A stretch of 16,704 nucleotides of DNA from contig JBHLMG010000034.1 in NCBI GenBank assembly GCA_048938385.1, positions 1 to 16,704 on the forward strand. Direction: 5' to 3'. This stretch comes from Promethearchaeota archaeon (GTDB lineage: Archaea > Asgardarchaeota > Hermodarchaeia > Hermodarchaeales > Hermodarchaeaceae). The translations under genes were made by a program, and so were the position numbers. The first letter of the stretch is position 1; the number at the start of each line of letters is the position of its first letter. Positions 1 to 8,706 of the stretch are shown one piece after another. The notes under the pieces were generated by a model, which did no database searches, had not been told where the DNA came from, and saw only the letters and a list, made by a program, of their open reading frames with translations.

Positions 1-419
1 CTGTGACTGAACCCAAAGCTACTCCTGAAGTGCCGATCACACCAGAAGAACTCCCAGCTCCAGACAAACCCAAACCCAAAGTTGAAGAACCAAAACCCAA
101 AGCGAAACCCGAAGTAAAGCCTGAAGAAGTCAAGAAACCTGAACCACCCAAGGTGAAGGCTAAGGCGAAGAAGAAGGCTGAGGAAGAAGCCAAGGCGAAG
201 CCCAAGGTAGAGAAACCGAAGGCCAAGGCGAAGCCCAAGGCGAAGAAGAAGGCTGAGGAAGAAGCCAAGGCGAAGCCCAAGGCGAAGAAGAAGGCTGAGG
301 AAAAGCCCAAGGTAGAGAAACCGAAGGCCAAAGAAAAGGCCAAGGCGAAGAAAGCGACGAGTAAGGCGAGTAAAGAAAAGGCAAAGAAATCGACCAAGTC
401 GAAGAAGGAGAAGGAATGA
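1..419 (+). CDS. 3' end of probable ribosomal protein uS3 (Lys/Glu/Pro/Ala-rich C-terminal extension; 5'-partial)
   Basis: Frame is open from the window edge to TGA at 417-419 and lies directly before uL29, the conserved position of rps3. Only low-complexity sequence is visible, so the identity rests on synteny. Confidence 0.65.
   Translation, partial: VTEPKATPEVPITPEELPAPDKPKPKVEEPKPKAKPEVKPEEVKKPEPPKVKAKAKKKAEEEAKAKPKVEKPKAKAKPKAKKKAEEEAKAKPKAKKKAEEKPKVEKPKAKEKAKAKKATSKASKEKAKKSTKSKKEKE
162..331 (+). repeat. Modular coding repeats (KAKKKAEEEAKAKPK / KPKVEKPKAK)
   Basis: Identical 46-bp copies at 162-207 and 237-282, a partial copy at 279-302, and a second 29-bp module at 198-226 and 303-331. 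Confidence 0.9.
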
Positions 420-434
420 GGAGGCGTTTAAACA

Positions 435-671
435 ATGGCAAAACTCTCGATGGCTGAGATCCGTGAAATGAGTATAGAAGAACGGGAACGGAAGCTTTCG
501 GATTTCCGTTCTGAATTAGCTAAACATCGTGCTGCAATGATGTCTGGTTCAGGGTCAGAAAATCCTGGCGCAATTGGCCTAATCCGGAAAAACATTGCCC
601 GCATCCTCACGGTCATTAACGAAGAAAAACGCTTAGCCACGATTGAGGGTCGCGAAGAGGAGGAATACTAA
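435..671 (+). CDS. rpl29: 50S ribosomal protein uL29
   Basis: EIREMS..E...KL..., ENPGAIGLIRKNIARILTV; SD-like GAGGAGG at 418-424. Confidence 0.95.
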   Translation: MAKLSMAEIREMSIEERERKLSDFRSELAKHRAAMMSGSGSENPGAIGLIRKNIARILTVINEEKRLATIEGREEEEY

Positions 672-673
672 CC

Positions 674-955
674 ATGCAGTCTTTGCCTTACCTGGCTATC
701 CAACCACTTATCGGGCTTTCCGCAACAGTCGTCCAGTCAACAAACCCTATCTTTGCCCGTGTTACAGGGCAGATAATTGACGATTCCCATGGTATGTTAA
801 CACTCCTTGATGGACTCCACAAGTACCAGATTCCCAAAGCCGCATGCATCTTTGATGTAGTCTTACCCACTGGTCAGACTGTTCGTGTAGATGGAACAAC
901 CCTCATTGGACATCCTGCAGAAAGATTAAGGAGGGCGAAAAAACTCCGATGGTAG
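674..955 (+). CDS. rnp1: Ribonuclease P protein component 1 (Rpp29/POP4)
   Basis: LIGL...V..STNP...G.IIDD...IPK...F...VDG..L.G.PAERL pattern; conserved position between rpl29 and rps17. Confidence 0.88.
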   Translation: MQSLPYLAIQPLIGLSATVVQSTNPIFARVTGQIIDDSHGMLTLLDGLHKYQIPKAACIFDVVLPTGQTVRVDGTTLIGHPAERLRRAKKLRW

Positions 956-1290
956 CTCGTAATATTGGTCTCAAGGTCAAACCACCTGAACAAGAATGCG
1001 AAGATCCGTTCTGTCCCTTTCATGGGACGCTTCCTGTCCGAGGACGCGTCATGGATGGCGTCGTAGCTAGTACCAAAATGAAAGGTACAATCACAGTGCG
1101 TCGTGACTACCTGCGATACATCAAGAAGTATCGTCGGTACTCCCGAAATCACTCCATGACAGCTGCCCACATACCTCCCTGTATCCCTGTTGAAGTTGGT
1201 GATACGGTGCGGCTCGCAGAATGTCGTCCCCTCAGTAAGACTGTTTCCTTTGTGGTTGTTGAACGCATCAAAGGCCAGGAGGACGAATAG
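949..1290 (+). CDS. rps17: 30S ribosomal protein uS17
   Basis: [37 protein letters not shown]. Confidence 0.97.
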   Translation: MVARNIGLKVKPPEQECEDPFCPFHGTLPVRGRVMDGVVASTKMKGTITVRRDYLRYIKKYRRYSRNHSMTAAHIPPCIPVEVGDTVRLAECRPLSKTVSFVVVERIKGQEDE

Positions 1291-1292
1291 CA

Positions 1293-1715
1293 ATGGTTAA
1301 ACGGGGTCGAAAATCAGCAGGGGTTTCAAAAACCCGGATAAGCCGTGGCCTTCCCACAGGTGCCCGGTTATCTGTTGCTGACAATAGCGGTGCCCGCATC
1401 GTGGAAATTATCTCCGTAATTGGCTACCATGGTCGACTTCGTCGACAACCTGCGGCTAGTGTTGCAGACATGGTCGTCGTCTCTTGTAAAGCTGGCACGC
1501 CCAAAATGCGCCGGCAGGTACTCCGCGGCATTATCGTACGGCAACGCAAACCCTATCGCCGAAAAGGCGGTCAATGGATTCGCTTTGAAGACAACGCAAT
1601 CGTCATCACCTCTGAAACTGGTGACCCCCAAGGATCTGAAATTCGAGGACCCATTGCCCGGGAAGCCGCTGAACGATGGCCTCGAATCGCCAGCGTGGCT
1701 AGCATCATAGTTTAG
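1293..1715 (+). CDS. rpl14: 50S ribosomal protein uL14
   Basis: [40 protein letters not shown]. Confidence 0.97.
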   Translation: MVKRGRKSAGVSKTRISRGLPTGARLSVADNSGARIVEIISVIGYHGRLRRQPAASVADMVVVSCKAGTPKMRRQVLRGIIVRQRKPYRRKGGQWIRFEDNAIVITSETGDPQGSEIRGPIAREAAERWPRIASVASIIV

Positions 1716-1729
1716 GAGCGATAAAAGAA

Positions 1730-2116
1730 ATGACCTCACGAAAACCCAAAAAACAACGAAAACGCCGATACACAGCGACTTGGCAGCAACGACATAAATT
1801 CCTCTCCGCGCGACTTGCCCCGGATCTAGTTGAGAAACACGGTATCCGTCAGCTTCCGATTCGCAAAGGGGACACAGTTTACATTACTCGTGGTGCTTTC
1901 CGCGATTCTGAAGGTGATGTGCAAGATGTTGACATGAAGAAGTTACGCATCCACATCGAAAACATCTCCATTGAAAAAGTCGATGGCTCAGCGATCCCCC
2001 TGCCCATTGCTCCTTCAAATGTTATGATTACTAAACTCAAAATCGATCAAACACGTCAAGCAGTCATTGATCGAAAAGCAGCAGCACGGCGTGCTCAAGA
2101 GGAGAAGGAGGAATAA
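1730..2116 (+). CDS. rpl24: 50S ribosomal protein uL24
   Basis: SRKPKKQRK, LPIRKGDTVYITRG (KOW motif), PIAPSNVMITKL. Confidence 0.96.
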   Translation: MTSRKPKKQRKRRYTATWQQRHKFLSARLAPDLVEKHGIRQLPIRKGDTVYITRGAFRDSEGDVQDVDMKKLRIHIENISIEKVDGSAIPLPIAPSNVMITKLKIDQTRQAVIDRKAAARRAQEEKEE

Positions 2117-2121
2117 GAAAA

Positions 2122-2862
2122 ATGGTAAAAGGACATCGAAGACACCTAAAACGCTTAGCCTCACCCGGTCACTGGCAAATCAAACGGAAGGTTCATCCTT
2201 TCACCATCCGTGCTAATCCAGGAGCACATGCTCTCCACGAAGGTCTACCACTTGGTGTGGTCGTCCGTGACATGCTCAACCTCACAGAAACTCTAAATGA
2301 AACAAGACGAGTCATCTCTCAAGGTCATGTCAAGGTTGATGGGAAAATCCGCAAAGATTACAAGTTCACCGTTGGCCTCATGGATGTTATCGAAATTCCT
2401 GCAGCGAAGACCCGGCTTCGTGTAATCCCAAATTCAAGCCATCACCTTCAACTTATTCCCATCCCTCAAAAGGAGCAGAATATCAAACCCTGCAAAATCA
2501 CTGGAAAAAACACCGTGAAGAAAGGCAATCTGCAACTTCACCTGCATGATGGTCGAACAATCCTCCTTCAGGTCGATGACCCTAAAACTAAGCCCAAACA
2601 TGAATACCGGACCGGAGACACGCTATTCATCAAGCTTCCCGATCAATCGATTCAACAACACATTCCTCTCAAGGAAGGGATCACAGCCGTTATCACAGGC
2701 GGTGATCACACTGGCTTTGTTGGAAAACTCGTCAAAATTGACCCAGACAATAGACTCGGTACCTTACAGGGCAAAGACGACAAGACCATCCTCACAGCCA
2801 TTCGCTATGTCTTCCCAATCGGTGAAGACACACCCCAGATTAAGTTACTGGAGGCTAGCTAA
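2122..2862 (+). CDS. rps4e: 30S ribosomal protein eS4
   Basis: HLKRLASP..W, VKVDGKIRKDYKFTVGLMDVI, QLHLHDGR, ITGGDHTG. Confidence 0.96.
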   Translation: MVKGHRRHLKRLASPGHWQIKRKVHPFTIRANPGAHALHEGLPLGVVVRDMLNLTETLNETRRVISQGHVKVDGKIRKDYKFTVGLMDVIEIPAAKTRLRVIPNSSHHLQLIPIPQKEQNIKPCKITGKNTVKKGNLQLHLHDGRTILLQVDDPKTKPKHEYRTGDTLFIKLPDQSIQQHIPLKEGITAVITGGDHTGFVGKLVKIDPDNRLGTLQGKDDKTILTAIRYVFPIGEDTPQIKLLEAS

Positions 2863-2864
2863 CC

Positions 2865-3524
2865 ATGTCAACCAAAAAGACGACGACAACAAAACCCAAA
2901 ACATCATCACAAAAAACAGCCTCAACTCCAACCAAGACCACTACTCCGCAACCCTCTAAACCAGATGTCGCTGAGAAAGTAAAAGCGAAGAAGAACAATG
3001 TTATGCGGAAAATCTTCATTTCTAAAGTTGTCGTCAACATGTCCTTAGGCGCAGGTGGAGAACCCCTCGCAAAGGCAAAAACTGTTCTTGAAGAGTTAAC
3101 TGGTCAAAAACCCGCTGATGTGCTAGCCAAACGGACTAATCGCGACTTCGGATTACGAAAAGGTGAGCCAATGGGCTGCAAAGTTACCCTGCGTGGCGCA
3201 CCAGCCAAGGACTTCGTCAAACGCGCCCTCGATGTCAAAGACTTCCGAATCCCACAAAGTGCTGTTGACCAGGCTGGGAATGTCTCCTTTGGAATCTCAG
3301 AACATATTCAGATTCCCGGAGCCAAATATGACCCCAATCTAGGAATCTTTGGCATGGATGTTTGTATCTGTACAGAACGACCAGGCTTCAGAATTAATCG
3401 ACGCCGTCGTGCCCGCCATAAAATCCCTCTTCGTCACCGAATCACACCAGAGGAAGCAATGACGCTACTCTCGACTGAACTAGGCGTTCAATTTACTCTA
3501 CCTGACCAGGAGGACGAGTACTAA
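2865..3524 (+). CDS. rpl5: 50S ribosomal protein uL5 with Thr/Lys/Pro/Ser-rich N-terminal extension
   Basis: ISKVVVN, LTGQKP, FGLRKGEPMGCKVTLRG, YDPNLGIFGMDV. SD-like GGAGG at 2851-2855 supports the upstream ATG at 2865. Confidence 0.96.
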   Translation: MSTKKTTTTKPKTSSQKTASTPTKTTTPQPSKPDVAEKVKAKKNNVMRKIFISKVVVNMSLGAGGEPLAKAKTVLEELTGQKPADVLAKRTNRDFGLRKGEPMGCKVTLRGAPAKDFVKRALDVKDFRIPQSAVDQAGNVSFGISEHIQIPGAKYDPNLGIFGMDVCICTERPGFRINRRRRARHKIPLRHRITPEEAMTLLSTELGVQFTLPDQEDEY

Positions 3525-3673
3525 TGTCAAAAGAAAAGAAACAAGGGAAAGGACACCGGACCTGCAAGCGGTGTGGAACACATCGAGCAATCATCCGAAG
3601 CTATCACATTGGCTTATGCCGACGCTGCTTCCGTGAGGTTGCGGAGGAACTTGGCTTTCGTAAATACACTTAG
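3524..3673 (+). CDS. rps14: 30S ribosomal protein uS14 (Zn-binding type), 49 aa, not in ORF track
   Basis: [49 protein letters not shown]; TAATG stop/start overlap with rpl5. Confidence 0.97.
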   Translation: MSKEKKQGKGHRTCKRCGTHRAIIRSYHIGLCRRCFREVAEELGFRKYT

Positions 3674-3687
3674 GAGTGAGAAGAGTA

Positions 3688-4080
3688 ATGCCCGTGAAGA
3701 ATCCGTTGGCTGATGCCTTTTCAACGATTATGAACCATGAATTATTACGCAAGTCAGAGGTCATCATTGCTCCTGCTTCGAAAAAAATTGGAGCAGCCCT
3801 CCGTATTATGCAACGGATGGGCTATGTAGGCGAATTTGAGTTTATTGATGATGGAAAGGCGGGGATGCTCCGTGTTGAACTCCTAGGCCGAATCAACAAG
3901 TGTGGAATAATTCGTCCACACTTTGCTGTAAAACGCCATGACTTTGAAGATTGGGAAAAACGCTTCCTGCCTTCGCGTGCCTTTGGTATTCTCATAGTGT
4001 CAACACCCAAAGGCTTCATGACACACAAGGAAGCCGTTGAACAGGGACATGGAGGTCGCCTTATCGCGTATGTTTACTAA
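3688..4080 (+). CDS. rps8: 30S ribosomal protein uS8
   Basis: [55 protein letters not shown] at 3688 is preferred over the GTG at 3676. Confidence 0.97.
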   Translation: MPVKNPLADAFSTIMNHELLRKSEVIIAPASKKIGAALRIMQRMGYVGEFEFIDDGKAGMLRVELLGRINKCGIIRPHFAVKRHDFEDWEKRFLPSRAFGILIVSTPKGFMTHKEAVEQGHGGRLIAYVY

Positions 4081-4100
4081 CTCTTGGAGAGAATGAATCA

Positions 4101-4664
4101 ATGCCCCCGAAAACAACTCACCATGAGCAATCGACTCCTATTCTGGAAGAAACCACAGTAACCGTGGAAGATCAGCTCGTAACTGTGAAGGGACCCAAGG
4201 GCGAACTCGTCAAGGATTTCAGCCATGCTGATGTCGACATCACCAAAACCCGAAACACCATCACGATATCAGTGAACTATCCTCGAAGCCGCCAATTGGC
4301 TTTAGTAAAAACCATCCTTTCCCACATCGAGAACATGATGCTAGGTGTTGTTCATGGTGTTACTTATAAAATGAAGGTGGTCTACGCACACTTTCCCCCT
4401 ACCGTCAAAGTACAAGGCGACAAACTCATCGTTGAGAACTTCTACGGCGAGAAGGCTTTTCGGAAGGCAAAGATTCTCCCTGGTGTAACTGTTACCGTCC
4501 AAGGAGATGAGGTTATTCTAGAAGGTATCGACATCGAACTTGTTGGTCAAACTGCGGCTAACATCCAACATTCTACTAAGCTACGACGAAAAGACCCTCG
4601 GAAATTCCATGATGGAATCTATGTTTACGAAAAGCAACTCGGTGAAAGATACTGGAAGATTTAG
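4101..4664 (+). CDS. rpl6: 50S ribosomal protein uL6
   Basis: VKGPKGEL, YKMKVVYAHFP, ENFYGEK, VGQTAANIQ, KDPRKFHDGIYV. Confidence 0.96.
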   Translation: MPPKTTHHEQSTPILEETTVTVEDQLVTVKGPKGELVKDFSHADVDITKTRNTITISVNYPRSRQLALVKTILSHIENMMLGVVHGVTYKMKVVYAHFPPTVKVQGDKLIVENFYGEKAFRKAKILPGVTVTVQGDEVILEGIDIELVGQTAANIQHSTKLRRKDPRKFHDGIYVYEKQLGERYWKI

Positions 4665-4685
4665 CTAACCCGGAAGTGATATGGC

Positions 4686-5132
4686 ATGAAACGAAGTAAA
4701 CGCATTGAAAAGTTGAAACAGGCATTACGGCAGAAACGGGTGCAGAACCAGCGGAAACCACAATTCCAGCGTCCCGAAAGTTCACGATATAAACGGCTAA
4801 ATACAAGCTGGCGGCGTCCGAAAGGTATCGATTCTGCAATTCGTAAGCGTGAAAAAAGTCAACCAGCTATACCCACCATTGGATATCGGAGTCCAGTCGC
4901 ACTCCGTGACTATCATCCATCTGGTTTGAAAGAAGTACTGGTCCACAATCTCAAAGAACTCGAAGGGCTCCATCCGAAAACTCATGCCGTACGCATAGCC
5001 CACCGAGTGGGTGATCGTAAACGATTAGCTATTATTGAACGAGCCGACGACCTTGGCTTACATGTCCTCAATCCCCAATTGAAATCCGAGGTGCGAGAAC
5101 TTCTCGACCTTTCCACCGAGGAAACCCTGTAG
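4686..5132 (+). CDS. rpl32e: 50S ribosomal protein eL32
   Basis: KPQFQR, WRRPKGIDS, IGYRSP, HPSGLKEVLVHN. Confidence 0.96.
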   Translation: MKRSKRIEKLKQALRQKRVQNQRKPQFQRPESSRYKRLNTSWRRPKGIDSAIRKREKSQPAIPTIGYRSPVALRDYHPSGLKEVLVHNLKELEGLHPKTHAVRIAHRVGDRKRLAIIERADDLGLHVLNPQLKSEVRELLDLSTEETL

Positions 5133-5144
5133 GTGACTCAAATA

Positions 5145-5594
5145 ATGAATGTTCGCTCCCAACGAAAATTAGCCGCACGCATGCTGAAAGTCGGACAAAA
5201 CCGCATCTGGATTGATCCAGGCCGACTAGATGATGTAGCCATGGCAATTCGTCGCGAAGATGTTAGAAGACTCATCCACGAAGGAGCGATTCGAAGCTTA
5301 CCAATTAAAGGCGTAAGCCGCGCTCGGGCGAAGGAGTTACACGAAAAACGGCGACTTGGTCTTCGTCGCGGTCACGGTAGTCGGAAAGGTAAAAAAACTG
5401 CGAAAGTTTCATCCAAAGAGCGTTGGATGCTCAAAATCCGTGCAATACGCCAGCACATCAAAACCCTACGGGCTCGACGAATTATCAAACCCCGTGATTA
5501 TCGACGATTGTATCGACTTGCTAAGGGCGGAGTATTCCCTTCAATTCGACGCGTCGATCAATACATTCAGGATCATAAAATGAAGAGGCGATAA
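5145..5594 (+). CDS. rpl19e: 50S ribosomal protein eL19
   Basis: QRKLAA..LKVG.NRIWIDP, GVSRAR, RRGHGSRKG, YRRLYRLAKGG. SD-like AGGTGA at 5131-5136 favours ATG 5145. Confidence 0.96.
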   Translation: MNVRSQRKLAARMLKVGQNRIWIDPGRLDDVAMAIRREDVRRLIHEGAIRSLPIKGVSRARAKELHEKRRLGLRRGHGSRKGKKTAKVSSKERWMLKIRAIRQHIKTLRARRIIKPRDYRRLYRLAKGGVFPSIRRVDQYIQDHKMKRR

Positions 5595-5597
5595 AAA

Positions 5598-6206
5598 ATG
5601 GCAACAGGACCTCGTTACAAAGTTCCCAATCGACGACGACGTGAAAGTAAAACGGATTACCGTGCACGACGTCGAATGGTGAGTTCAGGACGCCCTCGAC
5701 TTGTCATTCGCAAAACAGGTACACGCATCATTGTCCAAGTGATTGAAGCTCGATTAGAAGGGGATCGGTGTATATCAGCCGCCGATTCACGACAATTAAA
5801 CGACTTCGGGTGGCGCGCGGGTCTAAAGAATCTTCCCGCTGCCTACCTTACAGGCTTCCTTGCCGGGAAAAAAGCTGTGAATGCAGGTACGAACGAAGCT
5901 ATTGTCGATCTTGGACTTATTCAACCGATTTCTGGATCACGCATCTTTTCTGCTGTTAAAGGTGCTATCGATGCTGGGTTATCCATACCCTGCTCAGAAA
6001 AGATGTTTCCCCCCGAGAAACGAATACGTGGTGAGCATATTGCTGACTATGCTAAGGACCTTAGCAAAAACCAGCCTTCTACATTCGAGCGTCAGTTCGG
6101 AAAAATCTCCAAAGGCCGTGTCGATCTCACTACTATTCCTAAAATGTACGATTCCACTAAAACAACGATATCCACGAAAATTAGTTCGAGGAGGTCAACA
6201 GAATGA
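5598..6206 (+). CDS. rpl18: 50S ribosomal protein uL18
   Basis: MATGPRYKV..RRRRE.KTDY, RLVIRKT, NLPAAYLTG, KGAIDAGL, RIRGEHIA. Confidence 0.96.
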   Translation: MATGPRYKVPNRRRRESKTDYRARRRMVSSGRPRLVIRKTGTRIIVQVIEARLEGDRCISAADSRQLNDFGWRAGLKNLPAAYLTGFLAGKKAVNAGTNEAIVDLGLIQPISGSRIFSAVKGAIDAGLSIPCSEKMFPPEKRIRGEHIADYAKDLSKNQPSTFERQFGKISKGRVDLTTIPKMYDSTKTTISTKISSRRSTE

Positions 6207-6859
6207 GTCGACGCCCAAGTACCCCCCGACAGTTCGTTGCAGAAGAATGGGAACCCGTCACCAAAGTCGGGCAACAAGTCAAAGATGGCGAAATTACTTC
6301 CCTAGACGATCTCTTTCAACTAGCTCTTCCGATCAAAGAACCAGAAATCATCGATGTACTGCTTCCTGATCTCCAAGAAGAAGTCATCGATATTAACCTA
6401 GTGCAAAAACAAACGGATGCCGGCGAAAAATCCAGCTTCAAAGCCACCGTCATCGTCGGAAATGAAAATGGGTTTGTCGGAATTGGTGAGAGTAAGGCTC
6501 CTGAAATTGGACCTGCCATCAGAAAAGCCATCCTTCGTGCGAAGCTTAACATCCTCTCGGTACGTCGGGGCTGCGGAAGTTGGGAATGTGGTTGCTATGA
6601 TCCGCATTCAATTCCCTTTCAAGTTACAGGTAAAACTGGTAGCGTCCGTCTTACCCTCCTACCTGCACCCAAAGGTGTCGGATTGGTTACAGCGGATACC
6701 ATTAAAGTAGTCCTCCGGTTAGCTGGGATTCAAGATGTCTGGTCCCGAACTCGGGGACATACGAGAACTACATTGAACTTTGCTCATTCCGTCTTTAGAG
6801 CACTTCAACAAACGAATCGAATCATGACACCGCAAGACTGGACACGGAGAGAAGGATAG
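6203..6859 (+). CDS. rps5: 30S ribosomal protein uS5
   Basis: WEPVTKVG, PIKEPEIID, VQKQTDAG, RRGCGSWEC, LPAPKGVGL. Confidence 0.97.
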   Translation: MSRRPSTPRQFVAEEWEPVTKVGQQVKDGEITSLDDLFQLALPIKEPEIIDVLLPDLQEEVIDINLVQKQTDAGEKSSFKATVIVGNENGFVGIGESKAPEIGPAIRKAILRAKLNILSVRRGCGSWECGCYDPHSIPFQVTGKTGSVRLTLLPAPKGVGLVTADTIKVVLRLAGIQDVWSRTRGHTRTTLNFAHSVFRALQQTNRIMTPQDWTRREG

Positions 6860-6860
6860 A

Positions 6861-7355
6861 ATGTCAGAAAAAGAGCCCACAACTAATGCCCTCATGGTTG
6901 TTGTTCGCCTTCGCAGTGGCATCGGATTACGTCAAGATGTTAAAGACACTTTGACAATGCTGAACCTTACGCGAACCAATCATGCCATCATTATTGATAA
7001 ACGTCCATCCTATTCTGGTATGTTGCAAGTTGCAAAAGACGCAATAACCTGGGGTGAAGTCGATGTTCCGACCTTATCTCGGCTTCTTCGTAAACGAGGA
7101 CGCTTGTTGGGAAGCAAACACCTCACAGATGAATATATTGCTAACAATACTGCCTACAAGTCGATTGACGAATATGCTGCCGCCTTGGTGGCACTTAAAG
7201 AGGACATCTCAACTCTTGCAAAATTGAAGAAAGTCTTTCGACTCCATCCACCTTCTAAGGGATTCCGTGGTAGTATTAAACGAAGCTACCAACAAAAAGG
7301 TGAGTTGGGGTATCGAGGGTCCGAAATTAACGGACTTGTCCAACGTATGTCTTAA
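6861..7355 (+). CDS. rpl30: 50S ribosomal protein uL30 (archaeal long form)
   Basis: VVRLR, TL.ML.L, ITWGE, FRLHPPSKGF, GELGYRG. Confidence 0.96.
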   Translation: MSEKEPTTNALMVVVRLRSGIGLRQDVKDTLTMLNLTRTNHAIIIDKRPSYSGMLQVAKDAITWGEVDVPTLSRLLRKRGRLLGSKHLTDEYIANNTAYKSIDEYAAALVALKEDISTLAKLKKVFRLHPPSKGFRGSIKRSYQQKGELGYRGSEINGLVQRMS

Positions 7356-7387
7356 ACAATTCATTGACTGAGAAGGAGGAAAAGAAA

Positions 7388-7930
7388 ATGTCATCAGAAG
7401 ACAAAGACGAAAAAAGACGAAAACGCTGGTGGGACTCAGATTCATTTGATGACCAATTTGAAGCAATACAACGCATGTTTGAAGAACTCATGAAAATGTT
7501 CTCAGATATTGACCCTGAAGATATCTTTGGTTCAGACTCGCAAAATCATATTGAAGAGATTCTTGACCAGTTTCAGAAGAATCCGATGGTCTGGGGATTC
7601 TCTGCGACCATTGGACCAGATGGCAAGATCCGCTTAAACCCCTTTGGTAACCTTAACACAGATGGCGCATCACCCGTGGTTCGTGAAGTACGTGAGCCCC
7701 TCATCGATGTCATGGAACATGACGACGACATCGTTATCATCGCCGAACTTCCTGGCATAAAGCGTAGTGAAATTGATGTCGAAATATCGGATTACACAGT
7801 GACTATTCAGGTCAATAACCCTAAACGGAAATATGCCAAGACCCTTGACCTTCCCGCCCCCGTTAACACCGACTCGGCAAAAATCGATTACAATAATGGC
7901 ATATTAGAAATCCAAATCAAAAAACGGTAG
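7388..7930 (+). CDS. hsp20: Small heat shock protein Hsp20 (alpha-crystallin domain)
   Basis: WGFSATIGPDGK..NPFGN, REPLIDV.E, IIAELPGI, LPAPV, YNNGILEI. SD-like AGGAGG before ATG 7388; the ORF track's TTG start at 7364 is less likely. Confidence 0.92.
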   Translation: MSSEDKDEKRRKRWWDSDSFDDQFEAIQRMFEELMKMFSDIDPEDIFGSDSQNHIEEILDQFQKNPMVWGFSATIGPDGKIRLNPFGNLNTDGASPVVREVREPLIDVMEHDDDIVIIAELPGIKRSEIDVEISDYTVTIQVNNPKRKYAKTLDLPAPVNTDSAKIDYNNGILEIQIKKR

Positions 7931-7950
7931 ATTCAACGGAGATTAGAGGC

Positions 7951-8619
7951 ATGGCACAACGGAAAGAAAAACGCGTTCGTCAGCAACGTGGCAGTCGCAT
8001 GCATGGTTACGGTCGAATCGGACAGCACCGGAAAGGAGGACAACGTGGTGGAAAAGGTAAAACTGGCGGTAAGAAACACGATTGGACATATGTTACTGCC
8101 AAAGATCCTAAACGCTTTGGAAAACACGGCTTCCATCGTCATAACAAACTCCGTCAATCACACCAAACCATCAATGTCGGTGAACTTGCCACCAACCTTA
8201 GCCAATTTACTGAGGAGAAACCTTCACCAGAAGCAGGTCTCATTAAAATCGATTTGACTCCCTTAGGAGTCGAGAAAGTTCTTGGAGCTGGGCGCATTGC
8301 TATTCCCCTCATGGTCACGGCTCCCCTTTTTACACATCGAGCCGCTGAGAAAATTAAGGCAGCTGGTGGAAAAGTGAAGGGAACCATCCAAGAACCCACC
8401 AAACATCCTGCTCCCTCACTACAACCCAAACCAACAACAGCTCCGAAACCCAAACCAAAACCTAAGGCTGCTCCAAAGACCAAGGCGAAAACAAAACCTA
8501 GAGCCAAACCCAAGACCACTATCTCAAAGAAACCTACAGCCAAAAAACCTGCTAAAAAACCCGCCAAAAAACCTGCAACAAAATCAAAACGAGCGACAGC
8601 CTCAAAAGGCAAATCTTAA
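7951..8619 (+). CDS. rpl15: 50S ribosomal protein uL15 with ~80-aa Lys/Pro/Ala/Thr C-terminal tail
   Basis: RGSRMHGYG..GQHR..G.RGGKG, FGKHGF, KVLGAG, A.EKIKAAGG. Confidence 0.96.
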   Translation: MAQRKEKRVRQQRGSRMHGYGRIGQHRKGGQRGGKGKTGGKKHDWTYVTAKDPKRFGKHGFHRHNKLRQSHQTINVGELATNLSQFTEEKPSPEAGLIKIDLTPLGVEKVLGAGRIAIPLMVTAPLFTHRAAEKIKAAGGKVKGTIQEPTKHPAPSLQPKPTTAPKPKPKPKAAPKTKAKTKPRAKPKTTISKKPTAKKPAKKPAKKPATKSKRATASKGKS

Positions 8620-8669
8620 ACCACAACACAATTAAACAGAAAGAACCTTCGGCAAAGCCACATTCGCTT

Positions 8670-8685
8670 CAAACCCTATAAAAAA
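8670..8685 (+). promoter_or_regulatory. Possible internal BRE/TATA promoter for secY
   Basis: AAACCCTATAAAAAA about 30 nt upstream of the secY ATG in an 87-nt intergenic gap; motif match only. Confidence 0.35.
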
Positions 8686-8706
8686 TGAGAACATGGTGTC
8701 AACGGC

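Noticed and set aside
6560-6600. Cys cluster CGSWECGC in uS5 as a novelty
   Set aside because: This is a common feature of archaeal uS5.
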